This document shows positions 19,639-31,036 of a DNA stretch of 64,000 nt, piece after piece. The notes under the pieces are model-generated. The model was not told the origin of the DNA. It worked only from the letters and a program-made list of their open reading frames with translations, and made no database searches. A program made the translations under genes and the position numbers. The stretch's first letter is position 1. Every line of letters starts with the position of its first letter. This DNA comes from Actinomycetota bacterium (GTDB lineage Bacteria > Actinomycetota > Acidimicrobiia > Acidimicrobiales > Acidimicrobiaceae): positions 1,829-65,828 of the forward strand of contig SCQM01000161.1 in the NCBI GenBank assembly GCA_004298555.1. Reading direction: 5' to 3'.

Positions 19639-21297
19639 TCAGATTGCGGTGGATTCCCGCCAAGTGCCAAATATCTCTTCAAGCGCATTCATAATCTCGC
19701 CGACGGTGGCTCTGGCGCGTGCCGCTTCGATAAGAAGTGGCATCGTATTTTGAAAAGGATCGACCGCTGCTCTTTTAAGGTTCATGAGAGCGCGGGCCAG
19801 CTCTTCGGAGCTTCGTTGCGACTTGACTTTGGCCAAACGCCTCTTCTGCTCCGTTTCGACCTCTTCACCTATGACAAGAATCGGAATTTGATCTTCGTCA
19901 TTGTCTTCCGCAAAGGCGTTCACCCCCACGACAATGCGCCTTCCGGAAGAGATCTTCTTCTCGATCTGATAGGATGCGTTGGCTATCTCGTTGACGAAGT
20001 ATCCGTTCTCGATCGCTGCATAAATTCCTTCGAGCATCGACCCGGAACCAAGATCATCCAGATATGCGAATATTGCTTCGGCCCGGGCTTCGATCTCATC
20101 GGTCAGGAATTCGACATAATATGACCCGCCCAGAGGGTCGGCAACGTTTGTCACTCCGGTCTCGAATCCAATGACCTGCTGAGTCCTTAGCGCTATCCGG
20201 GCCGCCCGCTCAGTTGGCAGGGCCAAAACCTCGTCCATAGAGTTTGTGTGGAGTGACTGCGTTCCTCCCATCACTCCAGCCAGCGCCTCCAGGGCGGTCC
20301 TGATGATATTCACTTGGGGCTGCTGTGCCGTGAGAGATACGCCTGATGTCTGTGTATGGAACCTCAGCTGGGTAGATCTTGCATCTTTTGCCCCATAACG
20401 CTCTTTCATCCAACGGGCCCAGATCCTGCGGGCAGCCCGAAACTTCGCGATTTCCTCGAAGAAGTCGATATGGGAATTAAAGAAAAAGGAGAGGCTGGGC
20501 GCAAAGGAATCAACATCCATCCCAGCCTGGACCCCGGCTTCAACGTAGCCAAATCCGTTAGCCAGAGTGAAGGCCAGTTCTTGGGCTGCAGTTGAGCCTG
20601 CCTCGCGAATGTGATATCCGGAAACGGATATCGGATGCCACTTTGGCATCTCTGCAGAGCAATACCGGAAAGTGTCCACAACGAGTCTCACTGATGGGCG
20701 GGGCGGAAATCTGTACTCCTTCTGAGCCTGATACTCCTTGAGGATATCGTTCTGAAGCGTTCCGCCAAGTACCGCATGGTCCATTCCACGCTCGCGGGCT
20801 GCCTGAATGAACATCGCCAAGATAATGGGCGCCGGAGAGTTGATGGTCATGGACGTAGTGACCTTTGACAAATCTATCCCGTCAAACAGATCGAGCATAT
20901 CTTCGACTGTGTCGATTGCAACGCCGCATTTTCCCACTTCACCCTCAGATTTAGGATCGTCGGAATCCCGGCCCATAAGTGTTGGAAGATCGAAAGCCGT
21001 TGAGAGGCCGTTGCCGCCCGCACCGAGAATATCGCGGAAACGGCGGTTCGTATCAACCGCAGTTCCGAAGCCCGAAAACATCCTCATGGTCCAAAGCTTG
21101 GATCGGTACATCGAGGCGTAAGGTCCTCTGGTGTAAGGAAACTTCCCGGGCAGTTCCTCAGATTGAGTGGCTTCGTCATCGGGATCTACCGGACCCTCGG
21201 AACCATAGACAGGGGCGACTGGAATCCCCGATAGAGTCTCGAATTCTGCGTCCCGCAACGGAGCGGATCTGTAAAGCTCACCCCATGAACTAGGCAT
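19639..21297 (-). CDS. B12-dependent acyl-CoA mutase large (substrate-binding) subunit, isobutyryl-CoA-mutase-like; no B12-binding domain
   Basis: 552 aa. PTLMGRDSDDP, SVSGYHIREAG, FFEEIAKFRAARRIWARW. Specificity positions read RMF(74)SGF and AQ(192)KEY, 118 residues apart. Confidence 0.9.
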   Translation of the reverse strand: MPSSWGELYRSAPLRDAEFETLSGIPVAPVYGSEGPVDPDDEATQSEELPGKFPYTRGPYASMYRSKLWTMRMFSGFGTAVDTNRRFRDILGAGGNGLSTAFDLPTLMGRDSDDPKSEGEVGKCGVAIDTVEDMLDLFDGIDLSKVTTSMTINSPAPIILAMFIQAARERGMDHAVLGGTLQNDILKEYQAQKEYRFPPRPSVRLVVDTFRYCSAEMPKWHPISVSGYHIREAGSTAAQELAFTLANGFGYVEAGVQAGMDVDSFAPSLSFFFNSHIDFFEEIAKFRAARRIWARWMKERYGAKDARSTQLRFHTQTSGVSLTAQQPQVNIIRTALEALAGVMGGTQSLHTNSMDEVLALPTERAARIALRTQQVIGFETGVTNVADPLGGSYYVEFLTDEIEARAEAIFAYLDDLGSGSMLEGIYAAIENGYFVNEIANASYQIEKKISSGRRIVVGVNAFAEDNDEDQIPILVIGEEVETEQKRRLAKVKSQRSSEELARALMNLKRAAVDPFQNTMPLLIEAARARATVGEIMNALEEIFGTWRESTAI

Positions 21298-21442
21298 ACC
21301 ATAATTCTATCCCGTCGCAAAAGAAAACATACGGGTCCAAACGTTTTCTGAGGTCGTCATCCGAGGACACCCTTTCGGGGCTGAGAGCCCTGTCAAGCGC
21401 GAGCCTCGGGCAAGGAGCTGGGATCTCCGGAAGGTTCAGAAA

Positions 21443-22540
21443 CTACCTCTGCAAAATTGGCTGCATAAACCTTGCTGAAGGAATCAGGTAACCGATCTCG
21501 TTTTCGACCGCCCTTCTATAAGCAAGCATCGCAATGGCAGCAAACTGAATTCCAGTGCCATGGCCTATGTAGCATGTAACCTGGTCCGGCAAAATCCTTC
21601 CGGCGTGCTTTCCGGCAACCACATCAGCCAGGAACGGAAACCTCTCCCATGCGTGGTCTGGGTCTTTCCACCAGCCAGACGCCGTCTCATCGAGCTTCCT
21701 GTTCCTAAGATCTCCAACTATCACATGAACAGTATCTCCCGTGCTGCCAACCACCAACAGATCGCACTTTGCCAGCACTTCTAGATCAACTTCCTGTTTT
21801 TTTATACAGTTGATATGCATGCCGGGTCTGATCCATTCGGGATTTATGGTCGGATGCAGCGAATTTGTCGCTGATACGATAATCTCTGCTGAGTCCGCCG
21901 CTTCTTCTGCGCTGGAGACAGCTTCGACATTGCAGCCGGTAACCCGAGACATTTTTGCCACGAACTCCTGCCGGTGATCCATGTTCGGGCTGAACACCTT
22001 CGCGGTCAGCTCTGGCAAAACTAAGGCCAAGGCTTGAAACTGTGTTTCAGCCTGATAGCCGGTTCCCAGGAATCCAACTTTTCGGCAATTGGGGTTTGCA
22101 AGATACTTGGCCGCCAATGCGCTGGTAACACCCACTCTCAGCCGTTGCACCTCGCCATCGGTCAGGATTGCTAATAGCTCCCCGGTTGAAATCTGGTACA
22201 GCATCAGTAATCCATTTTCCTTGCCAATCCTCACCGACTCCTCTTGAGATTTGGTGAGTTTTTCTCTGCGGCTGCCTCCTCCCGGACCGGGCATCCGCAG
22301 AAGATCTGAATCGACCCGAAGGCAGGCCGCATCCAAAGAAGGCACGACACCACTCATGGATTTGAAAGAATTTATTGCGTTGAGCGAAGGTACGCCCGAC
22401 AAAATGTCATGGCGCCGGACACTCGCCGCATCGCCGTGGCCCAAATCTCTAAAGGCTGTCTCAAGTGGCTCGAAGCAGCTCGCTATATCAACCAGCGAGG
22501 CAACTTCGTCGTTGTTGAGGAGCCTCACATACTCAGCCAT
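21443..22540 (-). CDS. Ornithine cyclodeaminase/mu-crystallin family protein
   Basis: Family-like Rossmann segment VGFLGTGYQA. Start placed at internal ATG 22540, preceded by AAGGGGGGAAAG. The longest ORF extends to 22747. Confidence 0.75.
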   Translation of the reverse strand: MAEYVRLLNNDEVASLVDIASCFEPLETAFRDLGHGDAASVRRHDILSGVPSLNAINSFKSMSGVVPSLDAACLRVDSDLLRMPGPGGGSRREKLTKSQEESVRIGKENGLLMLYQISTGELLAILTDGEVQRLRVGVTSALAAKYLANPNCRKVGFLGTGYQAETQFQALALVLPELTAKVFSPNMDHRQEFVAKMSRVTGCNVEAVSSAEEAADSAEIIVSATNSLHPTINPEWIRPGMHINCIKKQEVDLEVLAKCDLLVVGSTGDTVHVIVGDLRNRKLDETASGWWKDPDHAWERFPFLADVVAGKHAGRILPDQVTCYIGHGTGIQFAAIAMLAYRRAVENEIGYLIPSARFMQPILQR

Positions 22541-22867
22541 CTTTCCCCCCTTTTGGTGCTCGTCCCACACCACATGAAATAATAATCGAACGCTTTTTGT
22601 AACCCCTGTTCCATCGTCGCGCAACTCAATGCGGCCAGGCCCGAGATGCTGCCGCAGCCCGCCACACACTTCGATCAGCCCCGGGGGCCGAGCCATTGGA
22701 AAAGCCGCTATTCCACTACAAATTGCATAGTCAAAGCATCTATCCACGCTGAAGACTTGGCTTTTTCGATTACCAAAAACAGTTCATTGTCCCGAGATAA
22801 GTGACAGCACCGTGCGGGCGAGTTCTAGCCGCCTGCCGATGTCTTGCTTCAGTGCTTCATTGCAGCT

Positions 22868-23497
22868 TCACGGAACGATGCTCGCAATGACTTCGTCCAC
22901 AGTCCGAACCTTACACATTCTTGGAAACACATGGTCGAAGAAGAACTCCCTTTGTTCTTTGAATCCGTGGCAGCCATCTCGAACTACCGTCACCTGGTAA
23001 TCCAGGTCGCGAGCCGCATATGCAGTGGACGCTACTCCGACATGCGTCGATCCCCCAACTAGCAGGATCGTGGATATACCAAGCGCGCGGAGGCTGATGT
23101 CAAGGCAAGTTCCTGCAAAAGCCGACCAGCGGTGCTTTGGGATGTCAAAATCAGCTTCCGACATTTCCAGTTCCCTCAACGGCAGCAGCATCGGGGAACC
23201 TGATCCAAATGGCGGCACTTCCGGAGGCTCGTTTAATGGCCCCCAAGATCTGAAATGAGAATCGGTATCTGACATGGTCAGGGCAAAGTCTTTTCCATCG
23301 GCCCGGTGATCTGCGCGAGCAAAGAATACCGGCAATCCGGCTGAGCGGCAGGCTTTAGTAAGTTTTACCACATTTGGCAAGGTACCAGCCTCTTCCACGG
23401 GACCCCGGTAACATTCAAGCATGTCAAAAACAACAAGACCGGTCTCCCCTGCTGCCAGCCGGTCGTCATCGAAAGCAATACGCCTCCCAACCACCAT
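22868..23497 (-). CDS. Isochorismatase-family (cysteine) hydrolase
   Basis: Motif LLVGGSTHVGVASTAYAARDLDY...VRDGC. Start placed at ATG 23497, preceded by GAGGGGAA. The longest ORF extends to 23560. Confidence 0.8.
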   Translation of the reverse strand: MVVGRRIAFDDDRLAAGETGLVVFDMLECYRGPVEEAGTLPNVVKLTKACRSAGLPVFFARADHRADGKDFALTMSDTDSHFRSWGPLNEPPEVPPFGSGSPMLLPLRELEMSEADFDIPKHRWSAFAGTCLDISLRALGISTILLVGGSTHVGVASTAYAARDLDYQVTVVRDGCHGFKEQREFFFDHVFPRMCKVRTVDEVIASIVP

Positions 23498-24064
23498 CAA
23501 TTTCCCCTCTAAATCAATTTGCACACGCGACGCTGTAGCTACTGAACCAACAATACACAACGCTTACTTATTATGCTTGCCGAGCAGCTGGTCCATATAA
23601 TTGTCTCCCAGCTGAACGAAGTTGAATGGAAATCAGAGACTCCATTAAAGTGTCACCGGCCTCCTAAAGTTCAGCTCAACCGGCTGGCAGTGGCGTTGGA
23701 ATATCTAAAATCAACTCGCCGGCGAGAACCGGCGGCAAACCACATGACCATTGCTTCGTAAACCAGATTTTTGCTAGCCTGACCTGAGGCAGGGTGGTTC
23801 AGTCACGGTCGCCAAGCCAATGGAGTTAGTGACGATGGTAATGAATGCTCCCAAGCGCTTGAGCGACATGAGATCTGGCTTGGAGGGACTTTGGCATCCG
23901 GAAAAAATGAAGGGTCGGCTCTGCAGTACTGGCAAACTCCATAAGCCTCATCCGCAGGCCTGCCTGTCTCCGCCCGCGATTCGGCTGATTATGACTGTGG
24001 TGTCTAATTTCCTGCAACTACCACTGCTCTGGCTGAAGATCTTGGCGCATGAGCCAGAAATATC

Positions 24065-26872
24065 ATGAGGCGAATAGGAAACAAAACTGTTCCCGGGCAA
24101 TACCAGGGTCTCGGTGCCAGGACCCGCCTTGATGGGCGGAATGAGGGTGCGTTTCGTCTCAGTGTTGAAGATGCTTTAGCCTCGCTCAACAGCTCTCCCG
24201 TTGGCCTCGAAGACTCCGAGGCCGATCGCCGGAGTAGCATATTTGGTTCCAACTCTCTGCCATCTCCCCATCGACGACGGATAATCGTGGAACTCGGTAC
24301 TCAACTGGCCAACATGTTTGTAGTCGTATTAATGGTTGCTTCCGGTCTCACATTTCTGATCTATTTTCTCAGTTCTCCCCGCGATATTTCTAATTTGGAC
24401 CTTGCGTTGGGAATTCTTGGAGTTGTGGTGCTCAACGCTTTGATCGGTTTCGCCCAAGAATATTCTGCTGAGCGGACTGCCGAGGCGCTCCAAGCTATGC
24501 TGCCGCAAACTGCGAAAGTGCTGCGTTCTGGTGTGCTAGACGAAATTCCCGCAGAGGAGCTGGTCCCAGGCGATGTCGTGGTGTTGGAAGCTGGCGACAC
24601 AATTTCTGCGGATTGCCGGGTGATCGAGGCGCGAAACCTCTCGGTGGAGATGGCTGCGCTCACCGGAGAAAGTGACCCTGTTGCCCGTACCGATGACGCA
24701 GACACTGTAAACCTGAACCGTGTCCACGCCCGCAACTGCGTTCCCATGGGCTCGTCAGTTGTAACCGGGGATGCTAAGGCGGTTGTTATCGCCACCGGCC
24801 TTGACACTGAATTCGGACACATTTATTCAATGACAGCAGCAGTCCCTATAGAGGCAAGCCCATTACAGCGTCAAGTGACTGGCATGGCTCGGCGGGTCGC
24901 AGCTATCGCGATTGCAGCCGGGGCTCTTCTATTTTCTTTGCGTTTGATAATGGGACATCCCGCGGCACTCTCATTTGTGTTTGCGCTTGGCGTCATGGTG
25001 GCACCCGTACCCGAAGGCTTGCCCGCAACGCTCTCGGTTTCGTTGGCAATTGGGGTCAGACGCATGGCACGACGCAATGCCCTGATCAAGCGGCTTGCAG
25101 CGGTTGAGGCCCTTGGGTCGACGACAGTTATCTGTACCGACAAAACTGGAACCCTCACTAAGGCTGAGATGACTGTTCAGCAGATTTACAGCTCCGCAAA
25201 AGTATTCTCCGTAAGTGGCATCGGTTATGCCCCGATTGGCGAAATGGAGACTGTCGACGAGGTTCGGGAGCTGCTGCGTGTCGGTGTTCTTTGTACCAAC
25301 GCGAGACTAATTCCTCCTGAAGGTGAATCTGAGTGGAGGGTGATCGGCGACACAACTGAGGGTGCGATCGTAGCAGTTGGCGCCAAGGCCGGCATAGACA
25401 AGGCGGCGGAGGAGAGACTTGCACCACGGGTTGGCGAGTTTCCATTCGATGCTGACCGCAAACTCATGACTACAGTGCATCAGGTGGGCAGCAATTTTGA
25501 GGCGTACGTAAAAGGATCGCCCCAGGCCGTTCTCGGCCGCTGCACCAATATTTGGTGGAATGGAAAGTCGATTCCTCTAGATCCGGGTATTTCCCGTGAG
25601 GTTACGAAAGCTAATGACGCCATGGCTTCACACGCATTGCGTGTCTTGGCAGTCGCCAAGCGAGAAGTCCCGTCAAGCCAAGCCGATCAGGACCAGGCGG
25701 AGCACGGGCTCACGTTTCTCGGCCTGTTGGGGATGATGGATCCGCCCCGCACAGAGGTCATTGCGGCGGTAAAGGCATGCGTGCACGCAGGAATCAGGAT
25801 CTACATGGTAACGGGAGACTATGGTCTCACCGCCGAAGCGGTCGCCCGGCAGATTGGCATCATAGGGAGCGGTCCAGCCCGAGTAGTGACCGGAAGCGAG
25901 CTTGACAACACAGACGATGACGTATTAGGTAAGGCCCTAAAAGGCCACGAGCACATCATATTTGCCCGGGTCCGTCCGGAGCAGAAGCTTCGCATCGTCA
26001 CCGTTCTTGAACAACTCGGAGAGATTGTGGCAGTTACCGGAGATGGCGCGAACGACGCACCCGCCTTAAAGAGGGCCAGCATTGGCGTTGCAATGGGAGA
26101 GGGCGGAACTGATGTCGCACGTGCAGCAGCAGTCATGGTGCTTCTGGATGACTCATTTGCCTCCATAGTGGCCGCGGTCGAGCTGGGTCGGGCGGTTTAC
26201 CAAAATATTCGCCGTTTTTTGGTTTATCTTTTCAGTCATAACCTTGCTGAATTGGCACCGATTCTCGCGGCGACCGTGATTGGTTTTCCGCTTGTTCCAC
26301 TTAGTGCATTGCAGGTCCTCGCAATTGACCTAGGCTCTGATGTTCTTCCCGCTCTCGCCCTGGGAGCAGAGCTGCCTGAGGCTGACACCATGAACCGGCC
26401 ACCGAGTCCACCTTCCGAACATCTCTTTTCCTGGTCAGTAGTAAGACGTTTCCTGTTTTTGGGCTCTATCCAGTCCGCAGGGGTAGTATTTGCGTTTTTC
26501 TGGCGGATCCACACCGGGCACATGCCCTTTGCCAGCTTTGATGCCGCCAACCCAACCTACCGAGAGGCTCTGACAATGACCCAGGCAGGAATAGTCGTAA
26601 GCCAGTTCTTCAACAGTTTCGCAGTGCGCACAGAACGGGAAAGCATTCTTCGAGCTGGGATTTGGTCGAACCCCCGGCTGGTTGTCGCGGGAGGGATTGC
26701 TTTGGGAATCATGGCGTCAATAAGTTACGTGCCCTTGTTGCAATCGGTGTTCCATACCGCTCCGCTAAAAGTTTCCGACTGGCTTATAATCGTAGGTTTT
26801 GGTCTCTTACTGCTTCTTGCCGAAGAGGGGCGCAAGGCTTGGAATCGACGCCGAAGTCTGGTGAGCGCCTGA
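24065..26872 (+). CDS. Cation-transporting P-type ATPase (P2 type, Ca2+/Na+/K+-like)
   Basis: 935 aa. TGES, PEGLP, phosphorylation site ICTDKTGTLT, MVTGDYGLTA, VTGDGANDAPAL. About 10 TM segments. Confidence 0.9.
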   Translation: MRRIGNKTVPGQYQGLGARTRLDGRNEGAFRLSVEDALASLNSSPVGLEDSEADRRSSIFGSNSLPSPHRRRIIVELGTQLANMFVVVLMVASGLTFLIYFLSSPRDISNLDLALGILGVVVLNALIGFAQEYSAERTAEALQAMLPQTAKVLRSGVLDEIPAEELVPGDVVVLEAGDTISADCRVIEARNLSVEMAALTGESDPVARTDDADTVNLNRVHARNCVPMGSSVVTGDAKAVVIATGLDTEFGHIYSMTAAVPIEASPLQRQVTGMARRVAAIAIAAGALLFSLRLIMGHPAALSFVFALGVMVAPVPEGLPATLSVSLAIGVRRMARRNALIKRLAAVEALGSTTVICTDKTGTLTKAEMTVQQIYSSAKVFSVSGIGYAPIGEMETVDEVRELLRVGVLCTNARLIPPEGESEWRVIGDTTEGAIVAVGAKAGIDKAAEERLAPRVGEFPFDADRKLMTTVHQVGSNFEAYVKGSPQAVLGRCTNIWWNGKSIPLDPGISREVTKANDAMASHALRVLAVAKREVPSSQADQDQAEHGLTFLGLLGMMDPPRTEVIAAVKACVHAGIRIYMVTGDYGLTAEAVARQIGIIGSGPARVVTGSELDNTDDDVLGKALKGHEHIIFARVRPEQKLRIVTVLEQLGEIVAVTGDGANDAPALKRASIGVAMGEGGTDVARAAAVMVLLDDSFASIVAAVELGRAVYQNIRRFLVYLFSHNLAELAPILAATVIGFPLVPLSALQVLAIDLGSDVLPALALGAELPEADTMNRPPSPPSEHLFSWSVVRRFLFLGSIQSAGVVFAFFWRIHTGHMPFASFDAANPTYREALTMTQAGIVVSQFFNSFAVRTERESILRAGIWSNPRLVVAGGIALGIMASISYVPLLQSVFHTAPLKVSDWLIIVGFGLLLLLAEEGRKAWNRRRSLVSA

Positions 26873-26897
26873 TTTAGAGATTCACCACCTGTGTGGC

Positions 26898-26964
26898 TTC
26901 CGCTTTGTAGCGGAATATGCAGTGTGCCGACAAAACGTACTAGCTACTTTGTGACCGCACACTG
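26898..26964 (+). terminator. Two consecutive stem-loops after the P-type ATPase
   Basis: TTCCGC-tttgta-GCGGAA (26898-26915), then a long imperfect hairpin CAGTGTGC..ACAAA..GTA-ctagc-TAC-TTTGT..GCACACTG (26920-26964). No U-tract. Confidence 0.35.
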
Positions 26965-27130
26965 CCAGGAAGTGACGAAGAAGTGATGCTGAGGAAACTG
27001 GGCGAAACATGTCATACAGTGCATGATTTCTGAGCTTTTCCTTATAAATACCTAAGTTTTTGCTTATGGTCGTCCCTGTTCCTCGAACAAACGGTGACAC
27101 GCGGTCAAGTTTGTTATATCGTCTAAAGCA

Positions 27131-28126
27131 ATGAACTCAAATCTTCAACCCCCAGACCGCAACCTTGCCCTTGAACTTGTCCGTGTCACTGAAGTGGCGG
27201 CTCTTTCTGCTGCCCGCTGGATGGGACGCGGGGACAAGAACGGAGCAGACAATGCTGCAGTAGAAGCCATGCGAGTAGTCCTGCATACCGTGTCTATGGA
27301 CGGATTAGTCGTAATTGGCGAAGGTGAAAAAGATGAGGCTCCAATGCTCTTCAATGGCGAGAGAATTGGTGACGGATCTGCGCCCCAGGTGGACATTGCG
27401 GTTGACCCAATTGACGGCACAACCCCAACAGCAATGGGTCGTGGAGGCGCACTCTCGGTCATCGCAGTCTCGGAGCGCGGAACTATGTTCAACCCGGGCC
27501 CGTGTGTCTATATGGAAAAACTAGCAGTGGGTCCCGAGGGAGTCGGGTCTATAGATCTCAATCTGAGTCCCACGGAAAACCTTCGTGCGCTTGCAAAGGT
27601 TAAAGGGGTTTCGATTAGAGACCTGACGGCGGTAATTCTTGACAGAGATCGGCACAGAGACCTGATCGATGAAGTTCGTACCGCTGGTGCGAGGATACGG
27701 TTGATAACCGACGGTGATGTTGCCGGGGCAATATCCACGGCCTGGCCCGAATCCGGATCGGACATTCTCTTCGGGATCGGTGGCACACCCGAAGGAATCA
27801 TCGCTGCCGCAGCACTCAAATGCATGGGGGGAGAAATCCAAGGGCGCTTGTGGCCGCGAAACGAACAGGAGAAGAAGGCGGCCCAGGATCTTGGCTACGA
27901 CTTCGACAAGGTTCTCATGACAAATGACCTTGTCAGTTCCAATAACTGCTTCTTTGCGGCAACTGGAGTCACTGACGGCGAACTGATGCGTGGTGTCAGA
28001 TTCAGCTCAACAGGCGCTTTTACACAGAGCCTGGTAATGCGCTCGAAATCAGGAACAGTCCGCAGGGTTGACGCACATCACCGCCTGGAAAAACTCCAGG
28101 AGTTTAGCGTCATCCCATTCGCATGA
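27131..28126 (+). CDS. glpX: Fructose-1,6-bisphosphatase class II
   Basis: 331 aa. GlpX N-terminus [29 protein letters not shown] and DPIDGT metal site. Confidence 0.9.
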   Translation: MNSNLQPPDRNLALELVRVTEVAALSAARWMGRGDKNGADNAAVEAMRVVLHTVSMDGLVVIGEGEKDEAPMLFNGERIGDGSAPQVDIAVDPIDGTTPTAMGRGGALSVIAVSERGTMFNPGPCVYMEKLAVGPEGVGSIDLNLSPTENLRALAKVKGVSIRDLTAVILDRDRHRDLIDEVRTAGARIRLITDGDVAGAISTAWPESGSDILFGIGGTPEGIIAAAALKCMGGEIQGRLWPRNEQEKKAAQDLGYDFDKVLMTNDLVSSNNCFFAATGVTDGELMRGVRFSSTGAFTQSLVMRSKSGTVRRVDAHHRLEKLQEFSVIPFA

Positions 28127-29064
28127 TCGATCAACCAGCCGTATGCATTGGCAGGCCTAGAGCCACAGTTTTGAAAAAAGCTTTCCAGGATCACAGGTGC
28201 CACCACGTAAGAAGCCTCAACATGGGCCAGTTCCAGGCGATATAGGAGTTCCCTAACCACTAGAGACCCTATTCCCAGCCGGCGCAGATCTTTCTGCACC
28301 ACGACTGCCCGCAAAAGTCCAACGGCCGAGTGGTGATTTGCGCTTCCGCATGCGACCAGCTGCCCCTGGTTATATATGGATACAACTGTATGTTCCTGCC
28401 CGCCGCACCTAAAACGCACATCGTCGCAAGGCCAAAAGAGCGAAGGTGAAATCCCATGCTCGGCCACCATCTTGTAAATGGCGAGATCTCCAGATGAGTG
28501 CGTGAACACCTCCAGCGACATGCCGGCTTGATGCACCCGTCTTGGGGACTCGAATCGGAAGTCGCTATAGAGTTCCCAATATGCCTGTGCATGACTAATC
28601 ATCATTTCGAAGGAGTCCACGCTCTGACTAAAAAGCACCGACTTGATAATCTTGAGCGCAGCGGCAATATCAGCGCTGTCCGCAGGATCCATCAGCGTCA
28701 CGTGAGGCACATAGGGCCGAGTATTCGGTTTATATAATTCGGACGAAACCAGCCGGGCCTGCAAGGAAGCCATCTCGGCAAGCCCAGTGCCACCCACGGA
28801 AAGATAGAGCACAGGCGATACTGGGTAGAAGGTTCCGGCAGGTCCCACCTCGAATTCGTATGGGGCAGTCTCGGCCGCAATCTTTCGCAAGCGGTAGATT
28901 TCATCACCAACATCTTTGAGATACAGATTGGCAGGTGGCACCAGTGTTATATGCGGTGAAATTCTGTCGATCCCAAACCCGCCTAAAGAAGCGCGCAGGC
29001 CATCGACCTTGTACGCATTTGGCACAGAAAAATGGTGAATTAGCCCAATCCGGTATCTTTTCAT
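28078..29064 (-). CDS. Fusion protein: 2H phosphoesterase (LigT-like) N-domain + GNAT acetyltransferase C-domain
   Basis: 328 aa. Two HxT motifs (PH38IT LVPP, PH121VT LMDP). GNAT motif A at 257-266 ([10 protein letters not shown]). GGAGG RBS 52 nt after the atpC stop. The 3' end overlaps the convergent glpX by 49 nt. Confidence 0.7.
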   Translation of the reverse strand: MKRYRIGLIHHFSVPNAYKVDGLRASLGGFGIDRISPHITLVPPANLYLKDVGDEIYRLRKIAAETAPYEFEVGPAGTFYPVSPVLYLSVGGTGLAEMASLQARLVSSELYKPNTRPYVPHVTLMDPADSADIAAALKIIKSVLFSQSVDSFEMMISHAQAYWELYSDFRFESPRRVHQAGMSLEVFTHSSGDLAIYKMVAEHGISPSLFWPCDDVRFRCGGQEHTVVSIYNQGQLVACGSANHHSAVGLLRAVVVQKDLRRLGIGSLVVRELLYRLELAHVEASYVVAPVILESFFQNCGSRPANAYGWLIDHANGMTLNSWSFSRR

Positions 29065-29116
29065 GCGCCTCCTCTAGAACCGGTTAGTTCCAAGGCCCAA
29101 TTTACCGCAATCGAAA

Positions 29117-29527
29117 CTACCTGATCACAGCTCCGTGCGTTGCCGCCAGTTCAAGACGAACATGGGCTCTTCTGAGGGCCGCCTCAACTCCGGCATCGTT
29201 GGAGTGTCTGAGAGTCTCCTCAGCTCTTGCCAAGGCAGCCTGAGCCCGCTCTACGTCGATATCAGCCGGAAGCTCAGCAATATCTGCAAGCACCCTCACC
29301 ACCGAATTCGCCACATGCACAAATCCAGCATGGACAGCAGCCTTTTGCAGCTCGCCCGTGATGGTCGTCACTGTCACAACGCAGGGCTCGATGTTTCCAA
29401 TGAAAGGTGCATGCCCAGCCATAAATGCGATGTCACCGTTGCCGGATCGCAAAACCACCATTGTGGCGTCGCACTTGATCAAAGTGCGCTCTGGAGTAAC
29501 CAGCGAGAAGGGAAAGGAGTTAGCCAC
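29117..29527 (-). CDS. atpC: F1 ATP synthase subunit epsilon
   Basis: 136 aa. Position after atpD and epsilon-like N-terminal beta-sandwich sequence (LVTPERTL...). Confidence 0.9.
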   Translation of the reverse strand: MANSFPFSLVTPERTLIKCDATMVVLRSGNGDIAFMAGHAPFIGNIEPCVVTVTTITGELQKAAVHAGFVHVANSVVRVLADIAELPADIDVERAQAALARAEETLRHSNDAGVEAALRRAHVRLELAATHGAVIR

Positions 29528-29530
29528 TGA

Positions 29531-30982
<1,452 letters not shown>

Positions 30983-31036
30983 CTATCAATAGCGTGGAAA
31001 GCACCTTCGGTAGATATTACGATTAGGGTTCGAAAT

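Noticed and set aside
23561-24064. M-box (Mg2+) riboswitch upstream of the P-type ATPase
   Set aside because: There are only loose resemblances (GTTAGTGACG, CCAATGGAG). The ordered conserved blocks of the M-box, as I remember them (GUUAGGUGAGG ... GCCC.AAA ... GACGCUAAUGGGUCAACAG ... GCUAAAGCUC), are not present.
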